From NCBI RefSeq assembly GCF_038025025.1, contig NW_027117346.1, forward strand, positions 310,001 through 374,000: a stretch of 64,000 nt of DNA, in the 5' to 3' direction. The notes below the pieces were generated by a model. The model had not been told where the DNA came from. It ran no database searches and was given only the letters and a program-made list of their open reading frames with translations. How positions within the stretch are numbered: the first letter of the stretch is position 1; each line of letters starts with the position of its first letter. Origin of the DNA: Phyllosticta citribraziliensis. Taxonomy: Eukaryota. Made by a program: the position numbers and the translations under genes. Of the stretch, positions 1-11,782 are shown one piece after another.

Positions 1-2889
1 GACATGGACGCCCTCATTGAGGAGCTCGAATCGCAAGACGCCAACATCGACGCCGAAGAGGAAGACACGCAACAGCCCGGTGGCGCTCGCCCAGTAGCCG
101 AGGAGCTCCTCCAGACCAGCACCGTCCACGGTCTCACCACCGAAGAGGTGACGCAGCGTAGGAAGAAATTCGGCCTCAACCAGATGAAGGAGGAGAAGGA
201 GAACCTCGTCCTCAAGTTTCTCATGTACTTTGTCGGCCCCATCCAGTTCGTCATGGAGGTGAGAAATTCTGTTGATCCTTGCGCCCCAAACATTGCGCTG
301 TTGCTGATGTGGCTACCGCGCTAGGCCGCCGCTATTCTCGCCGCCGGTTTGCAGGATTGGGTCGATTTTGGCGTCATCTGCGCCCTGCTGCTGCTCAACG
401 CGACTGTCGGTTTCGTTCAGGAATTCCAGGCCGGCTCCATTGTCGACGAACTGAAAAAGACGCTCGCGCTCAAGGCCACCGTGCTGCGCAATGGCACTCT
501 GCAGGAAGTCGAAGCTCCCGAAGTCGTTCCTGGTGACATTCTGCAGCTCGAGGAGGTAAGCCAACCTTGTTTTTCTGCTCGTGTTGAGATTTCTCACCTC
601 CCGCTTAGGGCACCATCATCCCTGCCGACGGCCGCATCGTAACCGACGATGCCTTTCTCCAGGTCGACCAGTCTGCCATTACCGGCGAGTCTCTTGCCGT
701 GGACAAGCACAAGGGTGACACTTGCTACGCGTCGTCGGCCGTCAAGCGCGGCGAGGCCTTCATGGTCGTCGCCGCGACCGGTGACAGCACATTTGTCGGT
801 CGCGCTGCTTCGCTCGTCGCGTCGGCTTCTTCGGGTACTGGCCACTTTACAGAGGTGCTCAACGGTATCGGCACGGTCCTCCTGATTTTGGTCATTCTCA
901 CCCTGCTGGTTGTCTGGGTCTCGTCCTTTTACCGTTCCAACCCAATTGTCACCATCCTCGAATTTACCCTCGCCATCACCATCATCGGCGTGCCAGTCGG
1001 TCTGCCGGCCGTCGTCACCACCACCATGGCTGTCGGCGCTGCCTATTTGGCCAAGAAGCAAGCCATTGTTCAGAAGCTTTCGGCCATTGAATCGCTTGCT
1101 GGTGTCGAAATCCTCTGTTCCGACAAGACTGGTACTTTGACCAAGAACAAGCTTTCCCTGGCCGAGCCGTACACTGTTTCTGGAGTCGAGCCCGAAGATC
1201 TCATGCTCACGGCCTGTCTTGCTGCTTCTCGCAAGAAAAAGGGTATTGATGCCATTGACAAGGCGTTCCTGAAATCCCTCAGATTCTACCCTCGCGCCAA
1301 GTCGGTCTTGGCCAAGTACAAGGTTTTGGAGTTCCACCCATTCGATCCCGTCTCAAAGAAGGTTCAGGCCGTTGTCGAGTCTCCGCAGGGAGAGCGCATC
1401 GTCTGTGTCAAGGGTGCCCCGCTCTTCGTCTTGAAGACTGTTGAGGAAGATCACCCGATTCCCGATGCGGTCGACGAGGCCTACAAAAACAAGGTTGCGG
1501 AATTCGCTACCCGCGGTTTCCGTTCGCTCGGTGTTGCCCGTAAGCGCGGCGATAGCTCGTGGGAAATCCTGGGTATCATGCCTTGCTCTGACCCTCCTCG
1601 TCATGACACTGCGCGCACAATTAACGAAGCCAAGACTCTCGGTCTTTCCATCAAGATGTTGACGGGTGATGCCGTCGGTATCGCTCGTGAAACGTCTCGT
1701 CAATTGGGTCTCGGTACCAACGTCTACAACGCGGAGCGTCTTGGTCTTGGCGGCGGTGGTGAGATGCCTGGTTCCGAGGTCTACGACTTTGTCGAAGCCG
1801 CCGACGGATTCGCAGAAGTTTTCCCCCAGCACAAGTACAATGTCGTCGAAATTCTGCAGCAGCGTGGCTATCTGGTTGCCATGACTGGCGATGGTGTCAA
1901 CGATGCGCCTTCGCTGAAAAAGGCTGACACGGGTATCGCCGTCGAGGGCGCCTCTGACGCTGCGCGGTCTGCCGCTGATATCGTCTTCCTTGCTCCTGGT
2001 CTGTCGGCCATCATTGATGCGCTCAAGACTAGTCGTCAGATTTTCCACCGCATGTACGCGTACGTCGTCTACCGTATCGCCCTGTCGCTGCACTTGGAGT
2101 TCTTCCTCGGTCTCTGGATCGCCATTTTGAACACGTCGCTGAACCTGGAGCTCGTCGTCTTCATCGCCATTTTTGCCGACATTGCTACCCTGGCCATTGC
2201 CTACGATAACGCGCCATTTTCCAAAACCCCGGTCAAGTGGAATCTGCCCAAGCTGTGGGGCATGTCGGTGCTCCTCGGCGTCGTCCTCGCCATCGGCACG
2301 TGGATCACCCTCACGACCATGTTCCCGTACCAAGACCTCCCCAACGCGCAGGGCCAAGGCATCTCGGGCGGCATCGTCCAGAACTTTGGTGTCCGCGACG
2401 AAGTGCTGTTCCTGCAAATCTCGCTGACGGAGAACTGGCTCATCTTCATCACGCGGGCCAACGGGCCCTTCTGGAGCTCGATCCCGTCGTGGCAGCTCAG
2501 CGGGGCCATCCTGATTGTCGACATCATCGCGACCTTCTTCTGCCTGTTTGGCTGGTTCGTCGGCGGGCAGACGTCCATCGTGGCCGTCGTGCGCATCTGG
2601 GTCTTTTCTTTCGGCGTCTTTTGCGTCATGGGCGGCGTCTACTACCTGCTGCAAGACAGCGTGGGCTTTGACAACCTCATGCACGGCAAGAGCCCTAAGA
2701 AGGATCAAAAGCAACGATCACTCGAGGACTTTGGTAAGTCTTTTTTCGTTTTTTCTTCCCCGTCCTTCTCTTTTCCTTCGTTGTCGTCGCACCTCTATGG
2801 TCGTCTTGTCAGCAAACAACATCCGCTAACTCTTCTCTACAGTTGTGTCTCTGCAACGTGTTTCTACGCAGCATGAAAAGAGCGCCTAA
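1..2889 (+). CDS. PMA1: Plasma membrane H+-ATPase (P3A-type), probably 5'-truncated by the window edge. Exons <1-258, 325-555, 609-2733, 2843-2889
   Basis: P-type motifs [18 protein letters not shown] and [19 protein letters not shown] introns at 259-324, 556-608 and 2734-2842 keep the frame. The spliced C-terminus [15 protein letters not shown] is the Pma1 regulatory tail. Confidence 0.98.
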
Positions 2890-3221
2890 ACGGCATTTTC
2901 CCTTTGTTTTGTTTCTCTTTTGTCTTGATATACCGGTAGTGCTCGAAGAAGAAGAAGAGTCGAAGGAGTAGTAGTTGGCAAGGAACGGCATCTTAATATC
3001 AGGGTTGGTTGTTTGTGGGGTGTGGTGGGGATTTTGGGAAGAACCGACCGACCGACTGACCGACGTTTTAGAGGTTTAATTGGACGCTTCTTCTTCTGAG
3101 GTTGTGGTAGTCTTCTTGTGGTTTGGGGATGGTGCGTGGTTGGTTGGTTGGATGGTTGAAGGGGCAGAACATGAGGAGACGAAGAGATGAACGTAGGTAG
3201 GGAGAGGTGGGAGATAGGTGA

Positions 3222-3250
3222 ACATACACATACACACACACACACACACA
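3222..3250. repeat. (CA)n microsatellite in the simple-repeat-rich region downstream of PMA1
   Basis: ACATACACATACACACACACACACACACA read directly; short GGTT, GAC/GACA and GC repeats lie nearby. Confidence 0.9.
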
Positions 3251-5476
3251 ACGAACTTGTTGATATGAGACATGATGACTGGATGGCTGTAAGATCGAGA
3301 CGAAACGCACTGCGCGGTGATGATGCCAGAGCGGCGGCAGTCGGTGCTCCTCTTCGCCATGATGCTGTTGTTGTCGTTTCGTTGTCGGCTGGTCTGATCA
3401 CAACCCACACACGCTCACTCATGACCAGTCTCAGAGACGGATTCTCCAGCTCTTCTTTCCTGCTCTTTCTGTGCGCTTCCCCCTTTTCCCCCGTCTCGTT
3501 TTCTTCTCTTCTCTCCTCTCTCTTTCTCATGGTTAGAGGTGCGCAGATGGTCGTGCGATTTGTCCTTGGTTTCGACTCCTGTTGAAAGGGCGGTGGGAAG
3601 AAAAGGTGAGAATAGGAGAGAGAAAGGGGAAAGGAGTAGACGTGAAAGTGAGAGTGAATGCTGACCCCCAGCTGACCCAGACCAGACGCACGCGCGCGCG
3701 CGTACGACAGAGCTAAGAAAAGAGAGGGACGCTGGAGTTGGCGGGGGAGCTGGGCTGAGCGAGCTGAGGCCTGTAGGCAGGTAATGAGAGTACTACCTTA
3801 CGCGGACAGGTGGAAAGACAGACAAATAGACAGCGGTCCTGTCCTGTCCTCTCCTTCTCCTTCTCTTTTTCGAGAGTTGGCGCTTGGCTTCGCTTGCGGC
3901 TCGCTTCGTTGGCTTGGCTGGGGCCGCAGGGCCGTTAGGATGAGGGTATGGGGATACCGTGAAGAGCGAGTGGATTGATAGACAGTGTGAAGGTGTGTAT
4001 GTAGTTGAAGCCACGACACGCAGACCGACATACTGTACTGTGCAGATCGACTAGTGCGGCATCCGAGGCGCTGGCGTCGAACATGGTGCGTGTCGGCTGG
4101 CAGGCAGGTAGATGTAGATGCAGATTGGACCGAATCGGTTCGTCGCAAGAGGCACAGCGGACAGACAGACAAGCAGCAGACAGAAGAAAAAGAGAGGTCG
4201 CCAGACGCAGGCAGGCCAAAAAAGTCGTCAGTCTCGAACTGCGTCCGCACACCTCAGTCAAAGATGGACCTCACGCCATCACAAGCAGCGGCAGCAAGGC
4301 ACGACGGGGCAGTCGATGATGAAGGCGATGATGAAGTTGATGAAGTTGTAGAGCAAGAGTCTACGGAGCAGGAAGAGGGAGAGGTCTCGCTCGCTCGCTC
4401 GCCTGCTCGATCCGAGGCCCCTCTGTCCAGGCCCACAAAATTAGACGTCCAGCGAGTGTATCGCCGTTGTTTGCCGGCAGCGGCGGACCTGCATGTGTGG
4501 CCGAAGGAACATCGACCTGCCCTATTTGCCCCAGGCCGACTCGCTTCTGCTCATTGCTGCTGTAGCTACGCGTAGCTGTGAGCAGAGAAGGCGAAGACGG
4601 GAAGGAGAATCGGGACGTGCGGCTATCATGAACAAATTGGGTCTGTGTTGTGGTTCCCGTCTTCGATGCGTGCTGTAGGTACCGTACCTACCGTGTTGGA
4701 ACCGGGATGCCGACGCGGGAGCTGAGGTGAGGGTGTCAGGGACCAGGGCCAGCAAGCAGCAAAGGAAAGGAAACAAGGAAAGGAAAGCCGACGCGAGACC
4801 CCTGTACTTACTGTGCGCGCGGTTACATCACCGCCGTCATGGCGGGGTGCAGGTCATGGGCTCTCACGCTTCATGTCCGCAGCAGACTTTCAGCTGCCCG
4901 CCAGCTCCCTGTCGCTCAACAGAGCGCACCGGGCGCAGAGATGCCTTCGCAAAACTCAATTCGTCTCTGGCGTTTGCGGTTGAGCTGCTGCTGCGCGTAT
5001 GGTTTGCAGCGCTGCCGTCGACATGGTTGTCCCTGCGCGTGGGCGGGTGAGCCAGCGGGCTGTCCCTGGTTGCGAGAAGGAGTTTCGTCGTCGTGGGTTG
5101 CCGACGCCCATGAGTCGTGCGAGCAGCTGGAAAGGGTGGGGTGGGCGAGTGGGAGATGCTGATTGCTGCGAGATTCGGATGGCTGCATGAGGCCGGGATG
5201 CGGACTGGCGAGTGGGGGAGGGGAGGGAGAGGGGGAGGTGGTGCATAGCGCGATTGAAGCCTCGCAGCTTTGAACAAGGCGAGTGGAGTCCGATTTATTC
5301 TTGGACTGCAGGCCGGTTCTGTCATTTTGCGAATGAATTGTGCAATGGTCGTCATTGCTGCTGCCACAAAAACATCTCTCGCCGTCACTGCTTCCGCTCG
5401 TCTCTCGTCTCCCCCGCGATTCAAGAACACGACGCCCACTGCGACCTTCGGAGCTACGACAAAGCTGTTTTCCACC

Positions 5477-6504
5477 ATGGCACAACTCAACAATCAAGTT
5501 CCTTCGTTGAAGCTCAACGATGGGCAATCAATTCCCCTGGTATGACTGCCATTGGCGCTGCCATACCTTCGCAAACGAGGTCAATTGATGCTAACATCGG
5601 CGGGCGACATGTAGCTCAGCTTCGGAACCGGCACGTCCTGGTACAAGTCGGGCGACGAATCCAAGATAGACCGCGAGCTCATCGAGACCATCAAGACGGC
5701 CATCAAGCTCGGGTACTACCACCTCGATGGCGCTGAGATGTACAAGACGGAGCCGGAGCTGGGAATCGCCATTAAGGAGAGCGGTGTCGCGCGCGAGAAG
5801 CTCTACGTCACCACAAAGGTCGAGCCGCGAATCAACGACGTCAAGGCCGCGCTCAAGGAGAGCTTGCAAAAGCTGCAATTGGACTATGTCGACCTGTAAG
5901 AGAGAATGCTCGAATGCTCCAACGCGCCTTCGCCCAAGCTGACCATGGACTTGTTAGATATCTAATCCACTCGCCGTTCTGGGCCAAATCGGATGCAGAG
6001 CTGCAAGCCAAATGGCGGGACCTGGAGGAGCTCCAAGCCGCGGGATTGACCAAGTCGATCGGCGTATCCAACTTCCTGCCGCAGCACCTCGACGCCGTGC
6101 TCGCGACGGCCAAGGTCGTGCCCGCCATCAACCAGATCGAATTCCACCCCTACCTGCAGCACCCGCCGCTGCTCGCCTACCACCGCAAGCACGGCATAGC
6201 GACGTCGGCCTACGCGCCGCTGACGGCCGTCACAAAAGCCAAGCCGGGCCCCGTCGACGACACGCTGGCGGCCCTGGCCAAAAAGTACGCCGTCAGCGAG
6301 GGCGAGATATCGCTGCGTTGGGCCATTGATCAGGACGTGGTCGCCATTACGACGAGCTCCAAGGAGCAACGGCTGAGCGACTATTTGAGGGCTTTGTCTT
6401 TCAAGCTGACGCCGACGGAGATTCAGCAGATTAATGAAAAGGGTCTGCAGAAGCATTTTAGGGGCTTTTGGAAGCACAAGTTTGATGATGACGACAGGTC
6501 GTGA
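5477..6504 (+). CDS. Aldo-keto reductase (NADPH-dependent; alpha-keto amide/conjugated polyketone reductase-like). Exons 5477-5539, 5615-5895, 5958-6504; possible upstream in-frame start at 5345
   Basis: Spliced product reads LNDGQSIPL|LSFGTGTSWYK...HLDGAEMY...LYVTTK...VDL|YLIHSPF...KSIGVSNF...PAINQIEFHPYLQ, giving the AKR catalytic tetrad D/Y/K/H. Canonical introns at 5540-5614 and 5896-5957. Confidence 0.95.
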
Positions 6505-6970
6505 GTGGGCTGGGGCTGCAGGGAATAGCAATTGTGTGAAAAATCCATTGGATGAAGCTCCTTCATGTTTGCACCTGTAAGAATGGGAGATTGTGCAGCA
6601 GCGGGCCGAGACAGAAGTTCAACTCTTCAGGTCCTCGGGCTGTTGCCGTTGCATTCCTAGCAAAGCTCGATGCGATAGTGAATATTTATGCTCATATGAC
6701 CTGCATAGTTACGCCTTGATGGATGTTTTCACCACAGAAAAAAGGTCCACTTGCCTGACGCATGTCACTGGCCTCTCCCATTTGCCATTGGGATTGAAGC
6801 TAATGTGCATCTTTAAGCGCTGTCCACTCCTCGAGAGAATGAGTCAGTGACCTGGTCGCCCACCTCGTTTTGAAAGCCGGGGATTTGCCGGCTATCATCG
6901 TAAACTCCGCCGCCGCATTTTACGACCAGAAATCTTCACGCGGGGCATTTTCTCTCCTCAGACCGCCACC

Positions 6971-9900
6971 ATGCCACCCAAAGCTTTGCCAGAAGGCCCG
7001 GGTGAGGCAGACACTCGTCCAAAAGAGGTGAGCCTGCCGAGTCAACAAAGGCCCATCACAAAAGCTCGACTTGGCTAACACGCCTTTAGCCACTCGCAAA
7101 AGCATACCGCAAGCCGCGTTCTGTCGCGCGAAGAAAGCCAGCTGCCGATCCGGCTCCCACGAATGCTGCTGCTTCTGAAGAAGCTGTCCAACCTCCTGCC
7201 GTGTCCAGCGCTCCTGCGCAAACACAGGACAACCCGCCTCCGGCGCAGCCAACGCCCGCCGCACCACCGCACGATTCGGAACCCACCGCGCCAGCAGCAG
7301 CTCCCACAGCGAAGCCAACTCCTCGGAAACGACGCGACGACGGCATGGACTCAATTCTGCAGCCTTTCTACCACGGCAAATCGTTGACAGATCCGATCAA
7401 CACGGCCGAAGACAAGTGGAACCTGCTGCCGGCATTCCTCAAGGTCAAAGGGCTGGTCAAGCAGCACATTGACTCGTTCAACTACTTTGTCGATGTGCAG
7501 CTCAAGGAGATTCTGCGCGCCAACCAGTACGTATACAGCGATGTCGACGACAAGTTCTTCTGGCGATACACGGACATTCGCGTCTTGCGCCCGTGCCGTG
7601 TCGAGGAGGAAGGGCTCAAAGGCCATACGTCCACCATTACGCCCAACGAGTGCCGTCTGCGCGACATGACGTACGCGGCCCCGATTGTCGTGGACGTGGA
7701 GTACAAAAAGGGCGCGAGTAAGGTCAAGAGAAAGGGAATCCACATCGGAAGGATGCCCATCATGTTGCGCAGCAACAAGTGCCAGCTGAGCGGCAAGTCG
7801 GAAAAGACAATGGCGCAGTTTGGCGAGTGCTCGATTGATCCTGGTGGATACTTCATCACCAGAGGCCAGGAGAAGGTCATTTTGGTCCAAGAGCAGCTGA
7901 GCAAGAACCGTGTCATTGTGGAGTCGATGAAGGGCATCATCCAGGCGTCTGTGATCAGGTAGGTCTTCTCTGGCGCCTTTGTCTCTGCACCCTGCTGACT
8001 GGCATAGTTTCACGGTCGACCGCAAGTCGAAAGGCTACGTTCTCCTTAAGAAGGGGCTGCTTTACTTGAAGCACAACTGCTTTTCCGACGACATTCCCAT
8101 TGTCATTGCACTCAAGGCCATGGGCATCCAGTCTGAGCACGAAATCTTGCTCCTGGTTGCCGGGGACGACAGTGCCTACCAAGACGAATTCTCAATCAAT
8201 TTCGAGGCCTGCATCAATGAAAAGGGCGAGCGCATCAACACCCAGCACCAGGCTCTGGAATACGTTGGCCAAAGGACCAGGCAAATTCGGAAACCAATTG
8301 GCAACAGAGCGCCGCGTAATCTGCAGCAAGAAGCCATCTACGCCCTGTCCGACATGATGATGAGCCACGTCCCCGTCGTTGGCATGAACTTTCGTCCAAA
8401 GGCCTTGTACATTGCCTACATGACCAGGAGGGTATTGATGGCAATGCAAGACCCGAAGATGGTTGACGATAGGGATTATGTGGGCAACAAGAGATTGGAG
8501 TTGGCTGGTCAGATGATGGCTCTGCTCTTTGAGGACAGCTTCAAGAGTTTCAACTACCAATTCAAGGCAGCGATCGACAAGGTCCTCAAGAAACCCAACA
8601 GGGCGGCCGAATTCGATGCGTACGACCACATCCAGACCCATGGATGGAGCATCACTGCTGGTATGGAAAGGGCCATCGCTACCGGCAACTGGAGCTTGAA
8701 GCGTTTCCGCATGGAAAGAGCAGGCATCACGCACGTTCTCAGTCGTCTGAGTTTCATTTCAGCTCTCGGTATGATGACACGTATCACATCTCAATTCGAA
8801 AAGACGAGAAAGGTCTCCGGCCCCCGTGCCTTGCAGCCGTCGCAATTTGGCATGATTTGCACGTCCGATACTCCTGAAGGAGAAGCTTGCGGTCTCGTCA
8901 AGAACTTAGCACTCATGACGCACATTACCACGGAAGTGCCAGAGGAGCCTGTCAGAAGAGCCGTCTTCATTCTGGGTGCCGAGGACGTCCAGTCAGGCAC
9001 CGGAACAGAGCTGTACTCGACCGGAGCCTACATCATCTTCGTCAACGGTTCGCCTCTGGCCTTGACGAGAAGCCCGACCTCGTTCTTGAAGAACTTTCGC
9101 AAGTTCCGCCGCATGGGCCGCATCTCCGAGTTTGTTAGCATCCATATCAACCACCACCACAAGGCCGTCCACATTGCAACAGACGAAGGCCGCATTTGCA
9201 GACCGCTCATCATCGTCGAGCGGGCCAAGTCCAGGGTGTCTGCCCGCTACCTGCGCGCTTTGCAAAAGGGCTCGATGGAATTTGACGACTTCCTCTCTCG
9301 CGGTCTGGTGGAATACGTCGACGTCAACGAAGAGAATGACTCAAATATTTGCATCTACGAAAAGGATCTAAAAGAATACCACACCCATCTCGAAATCGAG
9401 CCATTCACCATCCTCGGCGCCGTTGCTGGACTGATTCCCTATCCTCACCACAACCAGTCTCCCCGTAACACGTACCAATGTGCCATGGGTAAGCAAGCCA
9501 TTGGTGCCATTGCTTACAACCAGTTCACGCGGATTGACACCCTGCTCTACCTCATGGTCTACCCTCAGCAACCCATGGTCAAGACGAGGACCATCGAGCT
9601 CATCAAGTACGACAAACTTCCCGCAGGCCAAAATGCCACGGTGGCTGTCATGTCCTATTCCGGTTACGATATCGAAGATGCTCTCGTCATCAACAAGGCT
9701 TCCTGCGACAGAGGATTCGGGCGTTGCCAGGTCTTCAAGAAGCAGTCGACAACGGTCAAGTCTTATGCCAACGGTTCCATGGACAAGCTTGTTGCCGCTG
9801 AAAAGGGCAAAGACGGCAAGCCAATCAACCCAAGAATGTCCAAGCTCGGTGACCAAGACGGTATTGCCGAGGTCGGAGTACTCCTCGAAAAGGACGACGT

Positions 9901-10846
9901 CTTCCTCAATAAGATGGTTCCCACAAATACCAACCCGACCGGTCTTGATCAGAATGGCCTCCGGCCGCAAAAGATCGACTTCCGGAACACCCCCATGTCG
10001 TACAAGCTTCCCGACCCGGCCTACGTGGACAAGGTCCTTTTGACAGCAAACGAAAGCAACACGCCTTTGATCAAGATCCAAACGCGCCAGACTCGCCGCC
10101 CAGAACTCGGCGACAAATTCTCATCGCGCCACGGTCAAAAGGGTGTTGTGGGCATCATTGCCGAGCAAGTTGACATGCCCTTCAACGACCAGGGCATCTG
10201 CCCCGACATCATCATGAACCCCCACGGTTTCCCATCGCGCATGACAGTCGGCAAGATGCTCGAGCTGCTCTCGGGCAAAGCCGGCGTCGTCAAAGGCGAA
10301 CTGCAGTACGGCACAGCCTTTGGCGGCTCAAAGCCCGAAATCATGTCGCAGATCCTGCTGGAGCACGGCTTCAACTACAGCGGCAAGGACATGCTGACGT
10401 CGGGCATCACGGGCGAGAGCCTGCCCGCGTACGTCTTCTTCGGGCCCATCTACTACCAGAAGCTCAAGCACATGGTGCAGGACAAGATGCACAGCCGGGC
10501 GCGGGGCCCTCGCGCCATCCTCACGCGGCAGCCGACCGAGGGTCGGTCTCGCGACGGCGGCTTGCGTCTGGGCGAGATGGAGCGCGACTGCCTGATCGCG
10601 TACGGCGCGTCGCAGCTGCTGCTCGAGCGGCTGATGCTCAGCTCCGACGCGCACGAGTGCGACGTGTGCGAGCGCTGCGGCATGATGGGCTACCAGGGCT
10701 GGTGCCAGACGTGCCGCAGCTCCAAGGGCGTCGTCCGCATGACCATCCCGTACGCCGCCAAGCTGCTCATCCAGGAGCTGCTCAGCATGAACGTCAAGGC
10801 TAGCTTGAAGCTGGGCGACGAGTTTCCGGCGGATCTGAACGATTGA
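6971..10846 (+). CDS. RPC2: RNA polymerase III second-largest subunit. Exons 6971-7027, 7090-7958, 8008-10846
   Basis: KWNLLPAFLKVKGLVKQHIDSFNYF, QFEKTRKVSGPRALQPSQ, GDKFSSRHGQKG, RDGGLRLGEMERDCLIAYGAS and a C-terminal zinc site; these are C128/RET1-type rather than RPB2-type. Introns at 7028-7089 (GCTAAC branch) and 7959-8007. The first exon is inferred. Confidence 0.97.
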
Positions 10847-10943
10847 GGTGTCGGCGCGGGCGTGGAGCGTTGAGTGACGAGCGAGCGAGCGAGCGCGTGG
10901 TCCGTAGTCGTGGTAGACGCGGACCTCTTCGGTTTTCGATGTG

Positions 10944-11200
10944 ACATGGCGCTTTGGTGTTTTCCCCCTTTCCTTTTTCCCCTTCAAATCAGACTCTCAT
11001 CATCTATGCATAGCGAGCGCGCCGGGCTGGCACAAAACACGGCGGCGGACGGACGGACGGACGGAGTGCGGGCTCTCAGTCGGAGTACATGGCGTTTTCT
11101 TTTTCTTCCCTTTTTCTTGCCCTCCCAAATCAAATCAGATCGACTGCATAGCGAGTGTGGCGCGGTGAGGACGAGGACGGACGTACGTGGGTGGTAGTGG
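10944..11200. repeat. Diverged tandem duplication (period ~143 bp) followed by GGTA/GGAT microsatellites between the RPC2 and BRF1 3' ends
   Basis: The order ACATGGCG-pyrimidine run-TCAAATCAGA-TGCATAGCGAG-GGACG repeats occurs at 10944 and again at 11087. Confidence 0.7.
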
Positions 11201-11782
11201 TGGTAGTGGTAGGTAGGTAGGTAGGGTAGAGCCTTTTCTCTTGGATGAATGGATGAATAGATGGATGGATGGATGCTGTCACTTGCCAATCTCTCTCGAC
11301 GAACGCGTTTCTGGCTACGTAGATGCGTAAGAGACTTAGTAATGTGATTGCAGCCAGAGCCCGTGCCAAAAATACACCACTTCCTCCCCACCAATGCTTC
11401 CCCCATCACCACCGCGTGTAGAAGCCTCCACACAAGTGCCAGCTGTCGACCTCGGCGGCTGCAAGCGCAGGTCGGATGCAAAGAAAGGAAAGGATAAACA
11501 TGGATCATGCAATATGATCTGTGGCCGCTCTTGATATTCCAGTCTACGAAGCACCACTCCGCCACCGCTCACGCCATCGCGCGGTAGAAAGCTTCCGCCT
11601 TCCTCGCCAATACAAAATGCACCACCACCTTTTCCCACCCTTCTAGCCTCCCACCTGAAATGCTTCAATCAGCCCAGTCAAAACGCCCTCCCCTGTGCTG
11701 CCGCCGCTCCCCCTTCGCTGATCAAATGTACCAAAAATGATGATCTTGCCATGCACCCAAGCGTCTGATCCAGTAGTCGCTC

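Noticed and set aside
1353..2714. 453-aa antisense ORF over PMA1, and similar antisense ORFs over RPC2, BRF1, NAN1 and the HET genes
   Set aside because: These are shadow frames expected from GC3-biased codon use in the sense gene, with no recognisable motifs.
3530..3582. B-box-like GGTTTCGACTCC suggesting a tRNA
   Set aside because: It has an extra base, and I could build no A-box or cloverleaf. No tRNA or 5S rRNA gene was recognised anywhere in the window.
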